Origin: Porphyridium purpureum
Lineage: Eukaryota
DNA length: 64,000 nucleotides
Reading direction: 5' to 3'
Assembly (NCBI GenBank): GCA_008690995.1
Contig: VRMN01000001.1
Location: forward strand, 930,001-994,000
The notes below the pieces were generated by a model. That model was not told the origin of the DNA. It made no database searches and was given only the letters and a program-made list of their open reading frames with translations. How positions within the stretch are numbered: position 1 is the stretch's first letter; each line of letters opens with the position of its first letter. Shown here one piece after another: positions 31,914 through 44,057 of this stretch. A program made the position numbers and the translations under genes.

Positions 31914-34900
31914 CTATCTTTTTAATACATCTGGAGAGGATCCCAACGCACTAGACCCATCCACTTCGTCGTCATCCGCGTTGTTTTCGGTCTCTTCCTC
32001 GTACTCTCCAACATCATCACTCGACTCATCCAGAGTCTTTTCAATCTCAGTCAAGCGCGGCTTGGCTGCTGCAGAAGAGCCCCTGAGCAAGGCCATTCTC
32101 ATACTGGAATCCAAGCTACAGTATGTACCTGCCGACACAAATTGCTCGTCTCCAAAATCATGGTCGAACCCTGATTCAACACCTGCCACACTGTTCTCGT
32201 TTGGCTTACTTGCTGACGCCGCCGCCGCCGCTACTGCTGCTGCTGCTGCTGCTGCTGCTTCAAATTCGTCTGCGGGAGGCTCGATCGCGTTTAGAGTCGA
32301 GTGCTCTTGTGAGGCCACCATGTCGGCACTCCCTTCGTCTGTTGGCACATGTTCAATAGCTGGATCCGCTTTTGGCTGCATCCAAGGCGTCAAAAACTCG
32401 ATGATGGTTGTGTGGCTCGCGCGCACCGCCTCGTCCAGCGCGTTCGCCCCGTAGCGATCTTGAGCGCTCACTTGAGCGCCTCGCTCGACCAGGAGCTGGC
32501 AGATTTCCAACCATCCTTCAGCCGCAGCGAGGTGTAGAGCCGTCCTCTTGTCATAATCCGCAAATTGTGGATCCACTCCATGCTCAAGTAGGCCTGCTAC
32601 AGCTTGCCGCCGGCCCTTGGCAGCTTGCTGGATTAGTTCTAAACCTAGCTTGTTCGCCATTTCGGCCGGGTCGCCGCTTCTGCACGCGAGGGGACCAAGC
32701 ACTGACGGCATGACCACGCCAGCCCGCCGAAATACCTCTAGCACCTCAAGGTGTCCATTCTTCAGTCCATCTTGAATGGGCGTCTGCCCGAACCGATCCT
32801 CAGCGTATAAATCTGCGCCATTGATCAGCAGTAACTCTGCCACATCCGCATGACCCTCTGATGCTGCCAAGTGCAACGCGGTGCGTTTGTCGTAATCAGA
32901 AAATGTCGCACGAGCCCCGGCCATCAAGCGTTCGCGCACAAGGTCAAACATCCCGCGTGCACTAAACTCAAGCAGCTCCATGCCGAGCACCTGCGCACGA
33001 CTGGCAGACAGAACTTCTGGAACTGAGTCATCGCGCTGCCTGAGGTTCACATCCGAGGCAGATTCAACCGTACCAACGTCCGAAACATCGTCGTCATCCA
33101 GAAAGCCTTGCTCACGAAAGAAGTTCAGCACGTCAACATGATTGTTTTTCTTCGCCTCATCAATAGGAGTGGTTCCCCACCGATCAGACGCCTCAGGCTC
33201 TGCCCCGTGTTCCACGAGCAGTTCCACAATCGATAAATGACCTTCTGCGCAAGCAAGATGGAGTGCCGTGCGCCTATCATAGTCCGCAAACAACACGTCC
33301 GCGCCGTACTTCAGGCGCGTCTTTATCGCTTGCAATCTGCCTCTGCACGCATACGACAGCAGGAGCATGTTAGACTTGAACTGTGTCGCCTGTCTCTGCT
33401 CCGCGCTTATAGATTTTTCTGACTGCTCGCTTGCCTCGACCTCAAGAAGTTGTGACGCTGGAGACATCGCCATTCCAACACGGTCGCTCTCCGAAACAAA
33501 GGATGAGCTGAGACCACCAAACGTGTCGCGACCGCCCGGAAGAACCTGGGACGGCCTCAAAGGCGTTGCCGAAGATACGACCACGACAGGTATGTTGCTA
33601 TGTTCGGCAACGCGCGTCGCTCCAGCCGCAGGCACTGGACTCTCACCGTACTGCGAACTTCGTGCGCTTAGCGGCCCGCGCCCAACAAAGCTCTGCGGCA
33701 CAGAAACCGAGGAACCAAAGTACGAGGCCTGCTCATCGTCTGAAGAAACCCGCGGCTTCGGGTCTCTCTCAGATTGCGATTTTATCAGCATGGCGTCTTG
33801 GTCGCTTGGACCGGGCCACGCAACCTCGTGCGAGTTTTGCCCACCATCCACGTGAGAGGCCAAATTTGAGGGATGCATTACGTACTCCTTTCCAGACGGT
33901 TGCCATTCTGTCTGTTTCAGAGACGTTGACGGGTCTGCACAAAAAGAGTACAGCTCCGAGTACCGTCCGTCAGGTGACTCTGTAGGGCTTGTCCGCCCAC
34001 CAGGGGAGTCACTGGCCAGCCGGTCGCCTCTTTCGATCAGCGGTGGCACCGGGGAGAGTGCCGGCGCTGCCGAATCATGCGAATCGACCAGAGAGACTGA
34101 TTCATTCTGCACTGACTTCATGACTTGCCCATGAATTTCGTTACGAATGATGTCATGGTACGACTCATTCAGGCCAAATTCGTGCACAAGCTCGCGAGTG
34201 ATCGTATCAATCTCGTCCGTGTGCGGATTAAAGGAAAACTCGATTAGCTTCATCGCATTGTCCACGGGAATATGTACGGTGAGCGTGATTTCGGACACCA
34301 TACTTGCCAATTGCTTGACAAGAAGATCAATCTCTCCATTTCCGACTGTCCTTCTCCGTCTCGTTTCCTCTTCCAACAAGGCAGCCGCTGCCGGTGTCAA
34401 GCTTTGAGGTACAGAATTTGGTGGTGAACTGGGCTGCGATGCAGCTCGCGACGGGTAGAGCAGATCGGTACTGAGCCCCTCGGGGAGCGGCGTGTCCATG
34501 AGCAAGTGGATATTTGACAATGTGCCCGGGTCCGTCTCCCAGTCACGAAAGATGGGTGTATTGAGCAGCTGGCGCGCCGTGGGACGGTTTTTCTCACGTT
34601 CTAAGCATGCTCCGATGACGCTCTTGAACTCACCCTTCTTCAAGCGATTGAATGATTTCGGCTTTTCGCCCTGAAATACCTTGCGAAAGATCTGCGCTGG
34701 GTTTTGGCACTCCATGTAAGGGTACTCCATGGTGAGCATCTCGAGCATGCACATACCAAATGCATAGACATCCACCGATTCTGTGTAGGATTCCTCGTAA
34801 AGCTCAGGGGCCATGAACTCGGGTGTGCCGATCACGGTGAACGCGCGCTCGGCGTCCGTCTGAGTGGAGAGCCCCAAGTCACCCAGCTTGACTTCGCCAA

Positions 34901-35366
34901 CATGCCCATTGATAAAGATATTATCACACTTGAGGTCGCGGTGAATAATTGGCGGGTTCTGGCTGTGAAGGTAGTCAATGGCTTCGAGAATATTGCAGCC
35001 CCAACGCCGCAGCACTTTCAATTTGATGGCCTTGGCTTTGCGCACGTATTCCTTCAGCGTTCCACTCATCATCAGCTCGGTGATAAAGTTCATGCTCTGC
35101 GCGCCAGTCTGAGGGTCGACTGTCCGCCAGGAGCCGAAAAACGAGATGATATTTTTGTGGTTGACCTTTTCGAGCAGCTCGACCTCCTTGGACACTTTGG
35201 ACAGCTCGAGCTTGGACAGGCGGTCGATGTCGAGCTTGTTCCACGCCACTTCGAGCGCTTCCTGATTATCAAACGCCTTGTAGACATACTTGTAAGCGCC
35301 GCGCCCAAGCATTTCATTTGTGCGCGTAAACCGCCCCGTCGGGTCGGTCTCCTGTCCGTCCGCCAT
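31914..35366 (-). CDS. WNK: WNK-family Ser/Thr kinase with C-terminal ankyrin repeats
   Basis: GRGAYKYVYKA (catalytic Lys in subdomain I), EVAWN, HRDLKCDNIFING, DLGL, GTPEFMAPE; CCT-like IEFSFNPHTD; three DYD(K/R)RTALHLA ankyrin units. Confidence 0.93.
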   Translation of the reverse strand: MADGQETDPTGRFTRTNEMLGRGAYKYVYKAFDNQEALEVAWNKLDIDRLSKLELSKVSKEVELLEKVNHKNIISFFGSWRTVDPQTGAQSMNFITELMMSGTLKEYVRKAKAIKLKVLRRWGCNILEAIDYLHSQNPPIIHRDLKCDNIFINGHVGEVKLGDLGLSTQTDAERAFTVIGTPEFMAPELYEESYTESVDVYAFGMCMLEMLTMEYPYMECQNPAQIFRKVFQGEKPKSFNRLKKGEFKSVIGACLEREKNRPTARQLLNTPIFRDWETDPGTLSNIHLLMDTPLPEGLSTDLLYPSRAASQPSSPPNSVPQSLTPAAAALLEEETRRRRTVGNGEIDLLVKQLASMVSEITLTVHIPVDNAMKLIEFSFNPHTDEIDTITRELVHEFGLNESYHDIIRNEIHGQVMKSVQNESVSLVDSHDSAAPALSPVPPLIERGDRLASDSPGGRTSPTESPDGRYSELYSFCADPSTSLKQTEWQPSGKEYVMHPSNLASHVDGGQNSHEVAWPGPSDQDAMLIKSQSERDPKPRVSSDDEQASYFGSSVSVPQSFVGRGPLSARSSQYGESPVPAAGATRVAEHSNIPVVVVSSATPLRPSQVLPGGRDTFGGLSSSFVSESDRVGMAMSPASQLLEVEASEQSEKSISAEQRQATQFKSNMLLLSYACRGRLQAIKTRLKYGADVLFADYDRRTALHLACAEGHLSIVELLVEHGAEPEASDRWGTTPIDEAKKNNHVDVLNFFREQGFLDDDDVSDVGTVESASDVNLRQRDDSVPEVLSASRAQVLGMELLEFSARGMFDLVRERLMAGARATFSDYDKRTALHLAASEGHADVAELLLINGADLYAEDRFGQTPIQDGLKNGHLEVLEVFRRAGVVMPSVLGPLACRSGDPAEMANKLGLELIQQAAKGRRQAVAGLLEHGVDPQFADYDKRTALHLAAAEGWLEICQLLVERGAQVSAQDRYGANALDEAVRASHTTIIEFLTPWMQPKADPAIEHVPTDEGSADMVASQEHSTLNAIEPPADEFEAAAAAAAAVAAAAASASKPNENSVAGVESGFDHDFGDEQFVSAGTYCSLDSSMRMALLRGSSAAAKPRLTEIEKTLDESSDDVGEYEEETENNADDDEVDGSSALGSSPDVLKR
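32218..32259. repeat. Trinucleotide GCC/GCT tract encoding poly-Ala in the WNK tail
   Basis: gccgccgccgccgctactgctgctgct... read directly. Confidence 0.85.
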
Positions 35367-36053
35367 GACGCGCGCACCCGATCACGCGCACGCGCAGCTC
35401 TTTTCCGCCCCCGAACGCAAGCCGCTGTTTCCCTTTGCGCCCCCGCGCCTCCCACGCGCCCAGCCCGCAATCCCGTATGCTACGCCGCCGCCCGCTGGTG
35501 CGTGCTCCTCGACGCTCCGCGCACGCACGCGCTCGTGCACGAGATTCAAGCTGAAGGCCTACTTGTTGTTTCCTCCGAGTCGGACAGACGACACGCCGCG
35601 CGATGGAGTGCGCACCATGTAATCTGCGTCCCCCTAACCGTTCCCACGCCGTTGTGCGCACGTGTCGCCTTGTCTCCTCGCCTGCTCGTGTCCCCAGTCA
35701 CCACGGACACACTCGCACCACCGTACCTGACCCGTCAAACCGTCCATCCGCGCAACACTGCGTACCGATTGAGACGCTCGCCAGTCGTAAACCGCTCGCG
35801 CACCGTCTCATAATTTGGACACATTTGCATACGAAACATCACCTGCTAGGAGGGACCGCAGAGAGAAATAACGACTGTACTTTTGCGAGTGAGGTCTTTG
35901 AAAGGCTGCGCAGGATGCGTCACGAGGCATCACACCGTACGCGCAAGCAATTGCTGCACATTTCATTTACTCTATATAGCAGATCGCCGCCGCCACACCC
36001 AGAGGCTAGCACGCGGCTGCAGAGCACAGCAGTGCGCGCCGCGCTCCGCTACG

Positions 36054-37823
<1,770 letters not shown>

Positions 37824-37980
37824 TCAGCGTCCCTCCCTCCTCCCACAACCCCCCGTCCCTCCGCTCTCTGTCTCTCTCTCTCTCGTACTCCCTAATCTCC
37901 CTCTCCTCCCCACTTCGCCCGCTCCCGGCACCGCTTCGCTCCGTCACCCGCCGACACGCGGCGCTTTGTTCCATCGCATC

Positions 37981-38132
37981 ACTGTACAAAAGTACAGCTC
38001 GCATCCCTCCACTGTACCTCAGTACAGCTGCGCACCGACGCACTGTACTTCCGCGCGTGATGATTCATTTGAACGTCCAGCCGCCGCCGCATCCCCCTCT
38101 GTTTTTCGAGTGAGCTACGAGTAGTGTACAGT
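37981..38132. promoter_or_regulatory. Cluster of ACTGTAC/GTACAG(T/C) motifs between divergent thrC and VPS4
   Basis: ACTGTAC at 37981, 38011 and 38042; GTACAGC near 37992 and 38022; GTACAGT at 38126. Confidence 0.45.
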
Positions 38133-38702
38133 GAACTTCCAAATCAGGTGTTGACGGTTGCTTTTTCCTTCTTCCCTTTTTTCTTGACCCAGTCCGTGTT
38201 TTTGTTGTGTTTCAAGGGGAGCAAGCGCTGTTTCTTTCTTGCGTTCGGTGTTTTTGGCTGTGTCCTCTTTTTTCTTCCTCGTGTGCTTTATTGAGTACGT
38301 GGTACCGAAACGAAGTGGCGTCAAGTGGATGAGTAATTCACGTAGATACGCACACGTGCGTTGGGAGTAGGCGCTGGTGAGAAAGAGAGCGCGGGAGAGA
38401 CTGAGAGCGTGCATGTTTGACGATATAAGTGAGACGTGCGCAGCGAGGCTCGATCCGAAGTAGCGGTCTGGGTGAGAAAGGGGGAAACCAAGGGGGAAAA
38501 GGCTTTGGGCGACGCGAGACTCTGCAGAACGGGCTCGCCGCGCACAAGGTCGGAGGACGCATCGGACGCGTGGCTGAGAGCGCAGGGGGGAAGTGGCCGA
38601 AGTCAGGGCAACGTACACGTGCTGTGGTGCAGACGAGGAGCCGTGGTTTAGGTTGGAGCAGCGCCGGTGCGGGACTCGGTGCAGAGCGTTGCGCGCGCGA
38701 GA

Positions 38703-40088
38703 ATGGCGGACGTGAATAAGTTTATCGATGACGGCATTGCGTACGGAAAACTCGCACAGCAGAGGGATCGGGAGGCGTGCGCGGGGCAGGACCCAGAGTT
38801 GTACAATGACGCGTATAATAATTACATCCGCGCGCTAAACTGCCTGGCGGCGGCAATGAAGCACTCCAAGAACGACAACCTTAAGAATTTGACCGCGCAA
38901 AAGTTTTCGGAGTACGAAAAGCGGTGCAAGATCATGAAGGATTGGCTGGACAAGAACGAAGAGGCTGCCAAAAACCAGGCGGCAAATGGAGGAGGCGCGA
39001 CGGGCACGAAGAAGAAGTCGAAGGGGAAGCCGGGTACAGGCAAGCCGCCTCCGCCGAATGGTGCGAACAAGGAGGACGAGGAGGAAGAGGAAGAGGAGGA
39101 TTCCGGTGACGAAGAGACAAAGAAGTACCGAACCGCCCTGGCTTCAGCCATCGTCAAGGAAAAGCCGAATGTCAAGTGGGATGACGTGGCGGGTTTGGAA
39201 GGAGCAAAGGACGCTCTGAAAGAGGCCGTGATTTTGCCGATCAAGTATCCGCAACTATTCCAGGGTAAGCGTAAGCCGTGGAAGGGAATCCTTATGTACG
39301 GGCCTCCCGGTACAGGAAAGAGCTACTTGGCAAAAGCTGTCGCCACAGAGGCAGATGCTGAGTTTTTCTCTGTTTCATCCGCAGATTTAGTGTCGAAGTG
39401 GCAGGGAGAGAGCGAAAAACTTGTTCGCGAGCTGTTCGCCATGGCGCGCGAGGCGCCGTCGGCCATTGTGTTTATTGATGAGATCGACTCTCTGGCCTCT
39501 TCGCGAAGTGATTCGGAATCCGAGTCTGCGCGCCGCATCAAGACGGAGTTTCTTGTGCAAATGCAGGGTGTGGGAAACACGGGCGGAAATGTGCTCGTAC
39601 TTGGGGCGACGAACATTCCATGGGGCTTGGATTCGGCGATCCGCCGTCGCTTTGAACGCCGTATCTACATCCCGCTGCCGGACGAGCGCGCGCGCGCTGT
39701 GATGTTCAAAATTCATCTCGGGGACACCCCAAACTCGCTCAAGGAGGAGGATTATCGCGATCTTGGTGTCAAGTCGGAAGGTTATTCGGGTTCCGATATT
39801 TCGGTTGTTGTTCGCGACGCCATCATGCAACCGGTCCGAACGCTGCAAAATTCTCAGACATTCAAGCAGATTGACATGGATGGAAAGAAAATGTGGACGC
39901 CATGTTCACCTGGAGATGTGGGCGCCAAAGAAATGACGTTGATGCAAGTTGCTCCCGAACAACTGCATGTGCCGTCAGTGAGCATGCACGATTTCGAGAA
40001 GGCGCTCGCATCCTCGAAGCCGTCTGTTGGTGCGGATGACATTACGCAGCATGTCAAATTTACAAATGAGTTTGGGCAGGAATCGTAG
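38703..40088 (+). CDS. VPS4: ESCRT AAA ATPase VPS4/SKD1 (MIT + AAA)
   Basis: [56 protein letters not shown]. Confidence 0.97.
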   Translation: MADVNKFIDDGIAYGKLAQQRDREACAGQDPELYNDAYNNYIRALNCLAAAMKHSKNDNLKNLTAQKFSEYEKRCKIMKDWLDKNEEAAKNQAANGGGATGTKKKSKGKPGTGKPPPPNGANKEDEEEEEEEDSGDEETKKYRTALASAIVKEKPNVKWDDVAGLEGAKDALKEAVILPIKYPQLFQGKRKPWKGILMYGPPGTGKSYLAKAVATEADAEFFSVSSADLVSKWQGESEKLVRELFAMAREAPSAIVFIDEIDSLASSRSDSESESARRIKTEFLVQMQGVGNTGGNVLVLGATNIPWGLDSAIRRRFERRIYIPLPDERARAVMFKIHLGDTPNSLKEEDYRDLGVKSEGYSGSDISVVVRDAIMQPVRTLQNSQTFKQIDMDGKKMWTPCSPGDVGAKEMTLMQVAPEQLHVPSVSMHDFEKALASSKPSVGADDITQHVKFTNEFGQES

Positions 40089-40565
40089 TTTGTTGCTCTC
40101 CGTGCGTTTTGGTGTGCCTGGCAGGAATCAAGAAAGGGATTAAAAGAAACTTTCTCATTCCGTTTCCTCGTCCGGTGGGTAAAAAAAAATATATTTGCAT
40201 TCTTGTTTGCGCGCGTGTGCTCATTTCCAGGTGCGTTCCCCGCAGCACGACGGCACGTAATTGGGGCGGCCTATCTTTAAAGGATATTCTTATCCGCTTT
40301 GACCAGCCTAGGCCCGCAATGCGGCGCCTCACGGATGAGCTATCCAGTGCGATCAGAAGGGCTTGTCGTAAACCGAGCCGCCGTGAACATCTACTCGGAT
40401 CGAATCGATGCCAAATCCGCTGCTGCTGTGTTCGACTCTACCTGAACACAAGTACCACAAGCTCTGGAGTGGTCAGTGTGAACTTGCTCGCATGCGCAGC
40501 AGATCTTTGAATTTCTAGGAAGAATCAGACTGGCCCATCGTACGCGATGCTCAAAATCCAACGTA

Positions 40566-41891
40566 TTAGGATGTCTCGGCACTCAATTGCGCACGAAATC
40601 TAGTGTCTACGCCAAGCTTGTCCTTGACAGACGCGATGACGTGCGCATACTCACTTTCAATGTCCTGGTAAAGCTCTGCCAGCTTCACCTTCTTTTCTTC
40701 CGGGGTATACACCTTGAGTATCTGATTGTGGTGGAACTCGGCCCACAGCCTTCGCTTGATGAGCAGCCGAAATTGTTTGTACAATTCTGATTGGCTAACA
40801 GGATCAACCTGTCGCAGCAAGTCAATTTCAATCAGGCGCTTGGCTTGCTTGGGCGTAATCTTGAGCTCAGCTCGCATGGCTTCGACCAGCTCTGGCCGCT
40901 CCGCAAACATGATATCTTTCGTGTCCATCAGTGACGTTTCGATCAGTTTTGCGCTGATGGCATTCCCGTAATCGACCACATCGCGCACCTTTGAAAAGCG
41001 AGGCGAAGGGTCTTCGATCGAGACTTCCATGGCACTTCGCTGCTGTGCCAACTTGTATACGGCCTGTAGCATGTGAATAGCATGACCTTGGGAGCGGTAC
41101 GTCGGCAAAACAACAATCTGAGCGAGTCGCAGGCGCTCCACAAAGCCATATTTCTGTAAAGAGCCTAGGCTTTTGAGCGCCGTTGAAAACCGGTAGCAAG
41201 TTGTGTACCCGACAAAAGCATGCGTTTCCTTTTCAACCACCAGCAACAACTCCCAACGCGGGTCCGTGTCATCAATATACGAAGCGGTTTCAATGTACAT
41301 GTACATTACAAACTGCATGCGCCTGTGCCAGTCCCTGAGCGCTTGATTGTCAGCTAGAACTGGACAGTACAAGAGCACGAACGTTCTTGATCCGGCCTTG
41401 TACTCTTCCAGCTCGACCAGTCCGTCCGGCAAGGCGAAGGATCCTGCATTCTTCAGGAGGCTGGCCTGATCAAGGTCGAACGAACCTGGCTGCATCTTCT
41501 CGCCCAACAAGCCCACAATATCTGTGCGCTCGTCGCCACCGGCCTCCGGCCCCGGCGCCGCCGCATTTGTGGTCGCTTGCACGTCCAGCCATACGCGAAG
41601 TGAGCACGGTGAGAAGTGCAGTGTGATACGGAGCGAGGAATCGTACCCCTGAATCATCTCGTCTGGGAAGATCTGGTGCATGTATGGTGGGCGCAAAATC
41701 TCGCCGTTCTGCCGCTCTCCAAACACCAATTCAATCACATCATTCGCTCGCACCGCGCGGCGCGTCGAACCATGGTCTCCGTCCGCAACGAGCCCTTCCA
41801 TCCCTGGCGTTCCCTGTACTTCCACCGTGGGATGCGCGTCATCCAGCTCCTCTCGCTTCGGCCGCTTGGCGGCCGGTTCCTCGTGCTGCAT
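40566..41891 (-). CDS. HAT1: Histone acetyltransferase type B catalytic subunit
   Basis: HQIFPDEMIQGY, YIETASYIDDTDPRW, RLAQIVVLPTYRSQGH, EDPSPRFSKVRD. Confidence 0.92.
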   Translation of the reverse strand: MQHEEPAAKRPKREELDDAHPTVEVQGTPGMEGLVADGDHGSTRRAVRANDVIELVFGERQNGEILRPPYMHQIFPDEMIQGYDSSLRITLHFSPCSLRVWLDVQATTNAAAPGPEAGGDERTDIVGLLGEKMQPGSFDLDQASLLKNAGSFALPDGLVELEEYKAGSRTFVLLYCPVLADNQALRDWHRRMQFVMYMYIETASYIDDTDPRWELLLVVEKETHAFVGYTTCYRFSTALKSLGSLQKYGFVERLRLAQIVVLPTYRSQGHAIHMLQAVYKLAQQRSAMEVSIEDPSPRFSKVRDVVDYGNAISAKLIETSLMDTKDIMFAERPELVEAMRAELKITPKQAKRLIEIDLLRQVDPVSQSELYKQFRLLIKRRLWAEFHHNQILKVYTPEEKKVKLAELYQDIESEYAHVIASVKDKLGVDTRFRAQLSAETS

Positions 41892-42833
41892 TTTTGCCCG
41901 AATCAGACCGTGCGATCAAACCAATCTGCGAGCAACCGTCAACCTCGCGACCCCTCTGCACCGCCACGAGCTTGACGCCTTCAACGCCAGATCCCGGGGA
42001 AGGAAAACTGAACAGCCGCAGCCGCAGCAGAAGAAGAAGAACAAACGCGTCAGCTACTCAACAGACCGCAGCCTCTGTGCCTCTCTTCGCGCGCGTGCAC
42101 ACACACCTACACAGCATGGCCCTTGCCACCACTGCCGTGGCTCGCACGTCCGCTTTGGCGCCAAACCAAGGGACAGTGTACCGCAACTGTACTTTACCCT
42201 TTTAGAAACGCCGCGCGGCAACTTGGACGAAGACGAACCCAAAACGAGCCGCCGCGTGACTGGTTCTGGATGGAAGAAGTACAGTGAAAGTGTACCGCAA
42301 GCAACGCATGGGCGGAACGCGCGCGCCGTCATGACGTGAGCGTGTGTGTTTGGTGGTGAGCGCAAGTTCCGTCAACACGTGCGCTTGGAAATAGAAAATG
42401 CGCGAACGCATGTAATGCGGCTGTACCCCATTCTATTCTTATTCTTATGATTCTTTCGTTTTTGTTTTCTATCCAAACGGGCGCGTTGTGATAGGCGCAC
42501 AAAGGCGCAGGTGGGGGGTGGTGGTGCGTGCGGGTGTAATGAAACTGGTGCGTTTAGTTATGAAAAGCGTTTGGACACAAAGACCGGGACGCGCAAAGGA
42601 AGACAAAAATAAGAGGGGAATGAAGTCAGAGCGCTTCTTAACAGATGAGACGCGTGGTGGAGGCGAGGGAAGGGAAGGCGGCAGGGCAAAGGGAGCACGG
42701 GAAGAGAGCGGGGTGTGAAGGGGAGTGGAGAAGGGGGAGAAAAGGATCGACACGGAACTGCAGGAGTTCAGAGGCGGTGCCCGTGCACGGAGGGAACGCG
42801 GCACGGGCGCGTCGGGTCGTGTGCGCGGCAGCG

Positions 42834-43661
42834 ATGGAGACCATGTGGGAGATGGACGGGTACGAGGAGGTGGGCGCGGCCAGCGCGCCAGTCGGGATTA
42901 TGGGGGCTCATCCAGACAGTGGTGAAAAGATGGCAGGCGCTTTTCCGCGCGAGCAGGAGGGGGGCCTAGAGGACGAGGAAGACTTTATCTTTGGCTTTTC
43001 GCCCGTGTCTGAATGCGCGCTCACAGATTATATGTCCCGACTGGAAGAGATGGTCGAAGGTGATATGACGACAGTGCAGCACGAGGCGGGGTGGGAACCG
43101 AGCGCACCGATTGACGTAAAGGAGAGAGCCGAGGAGGAATCGTCGGCAAACGCAGACGCGATATACGGCGGTGCCTCGCTTTTGTCTGACGCAACATGCA
43201 CGCCGACGGGGTTCTCGTCGTCCCCCATGTCGGAGTGTGGTCTGACGACAGTCATGTCGCGTGCGCACCTCAATGAAGTGACCAGTGACAGCCACCCCTT
43301 CCGAGCAGCGAGGAAGGAAGGGCAGGCGATGCCAGTGTCCGCAGAGCTGCACTCTTTCCCAGCCCCAGACTCTGTGAGCGGGGAGCACGCTCTGCTCCCG
43401 ACACGCGAGCGCGGCGCAGTTTCTTCGGTATGTTCTACAGTCTCTACTGTCGGTAGCCCGGCGGGAAGCGCGTCGAAAAAAGTCAAATCGTCATCGACAT
43501 CTACCGGTCGGAAGCGCTCGGATGGAAATAACCACAGCGGCGTGGGTGGCAAGTACGAGTATCGAAAGAAGATGGCGCTCTCGCGTCCGCGTGTGAACGG
43601 TAGATTTATCAAAATTGCGGATAAGGCCGCTGTGTTGGAAGCGATGGAACTGAAACAGTGA
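42834..43661 (+). CDS. CCT-motif (CONSTANS-like) protein
   Basis: C-terminal KYEYRKKMALSRPRVNGRFIK; the remainder is acidic/Ser-rich and likely disordered. Confidence 0.75.
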   Translation: METMWEMDGYEEVGAASAPVGIMGAHPDSGEKMAGAFPREQEGGLEDEEDFIFGFSPVSECALTDYMSRLEEMVEGDMTTVQHEAGWEPSAPIDVKERAEEESSANADAIYGGASLLSDATCTPTGFSSSPMSECGLTTVMSRAHLNEVTSDSHPFRAARKEGQAMPVSAELHSFPAPDSVSGEHALLPTRERGAVSSVCSTVSTVGSPAGSASKKVKSSSTSTGRKRSDGNNHSGVGGKYEYRKKMALSRPRVNGRFIKIADKAAVLEAMELKQ

Positions 43662-44057
43662 CATCTGCGCAGCCTGCCTTCTTCGAACGAGTATGGGAAA
43701 TGGTCATAACCGGCAGCCTTGGTAGTGGCGAAGCTCTGTCCGCATTTAATCATATTTCTTTGGCCGCATCTATGTGAGCTTTCTCTGAGTAACCCTATAC
43801 AGTGATCGGGTAGGAGGGAAAGTGGTGGCCAGGCTTGATTCCGCGGACGCTCCTCAGCAAAGGTTGCGTGGTGAATACTTCATGCGCGATTTCCAACTCT
43901 AGCTTTTTTTCTGATTCACGTGCGCCAATCAGCGGGCGTGTAGTATTGCCTACGTAAAGTTTGAGATCTCTTGAGTTTGAGCCCTACGCCAGCGGGTGTC
44001 CACGCTTGGCTCCTTGTGCGCAGGCCATGCTCTGCACATCTCCGCAGCCCAGTGCTC

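Noticed and set aside
34704..35813. 369-aa plus-strand ORF and many other antisense ORFs in the track
   Set aside because: These are shadow ORFs opposite real genes, expected in GC-rich DNA, and carry no motifs.
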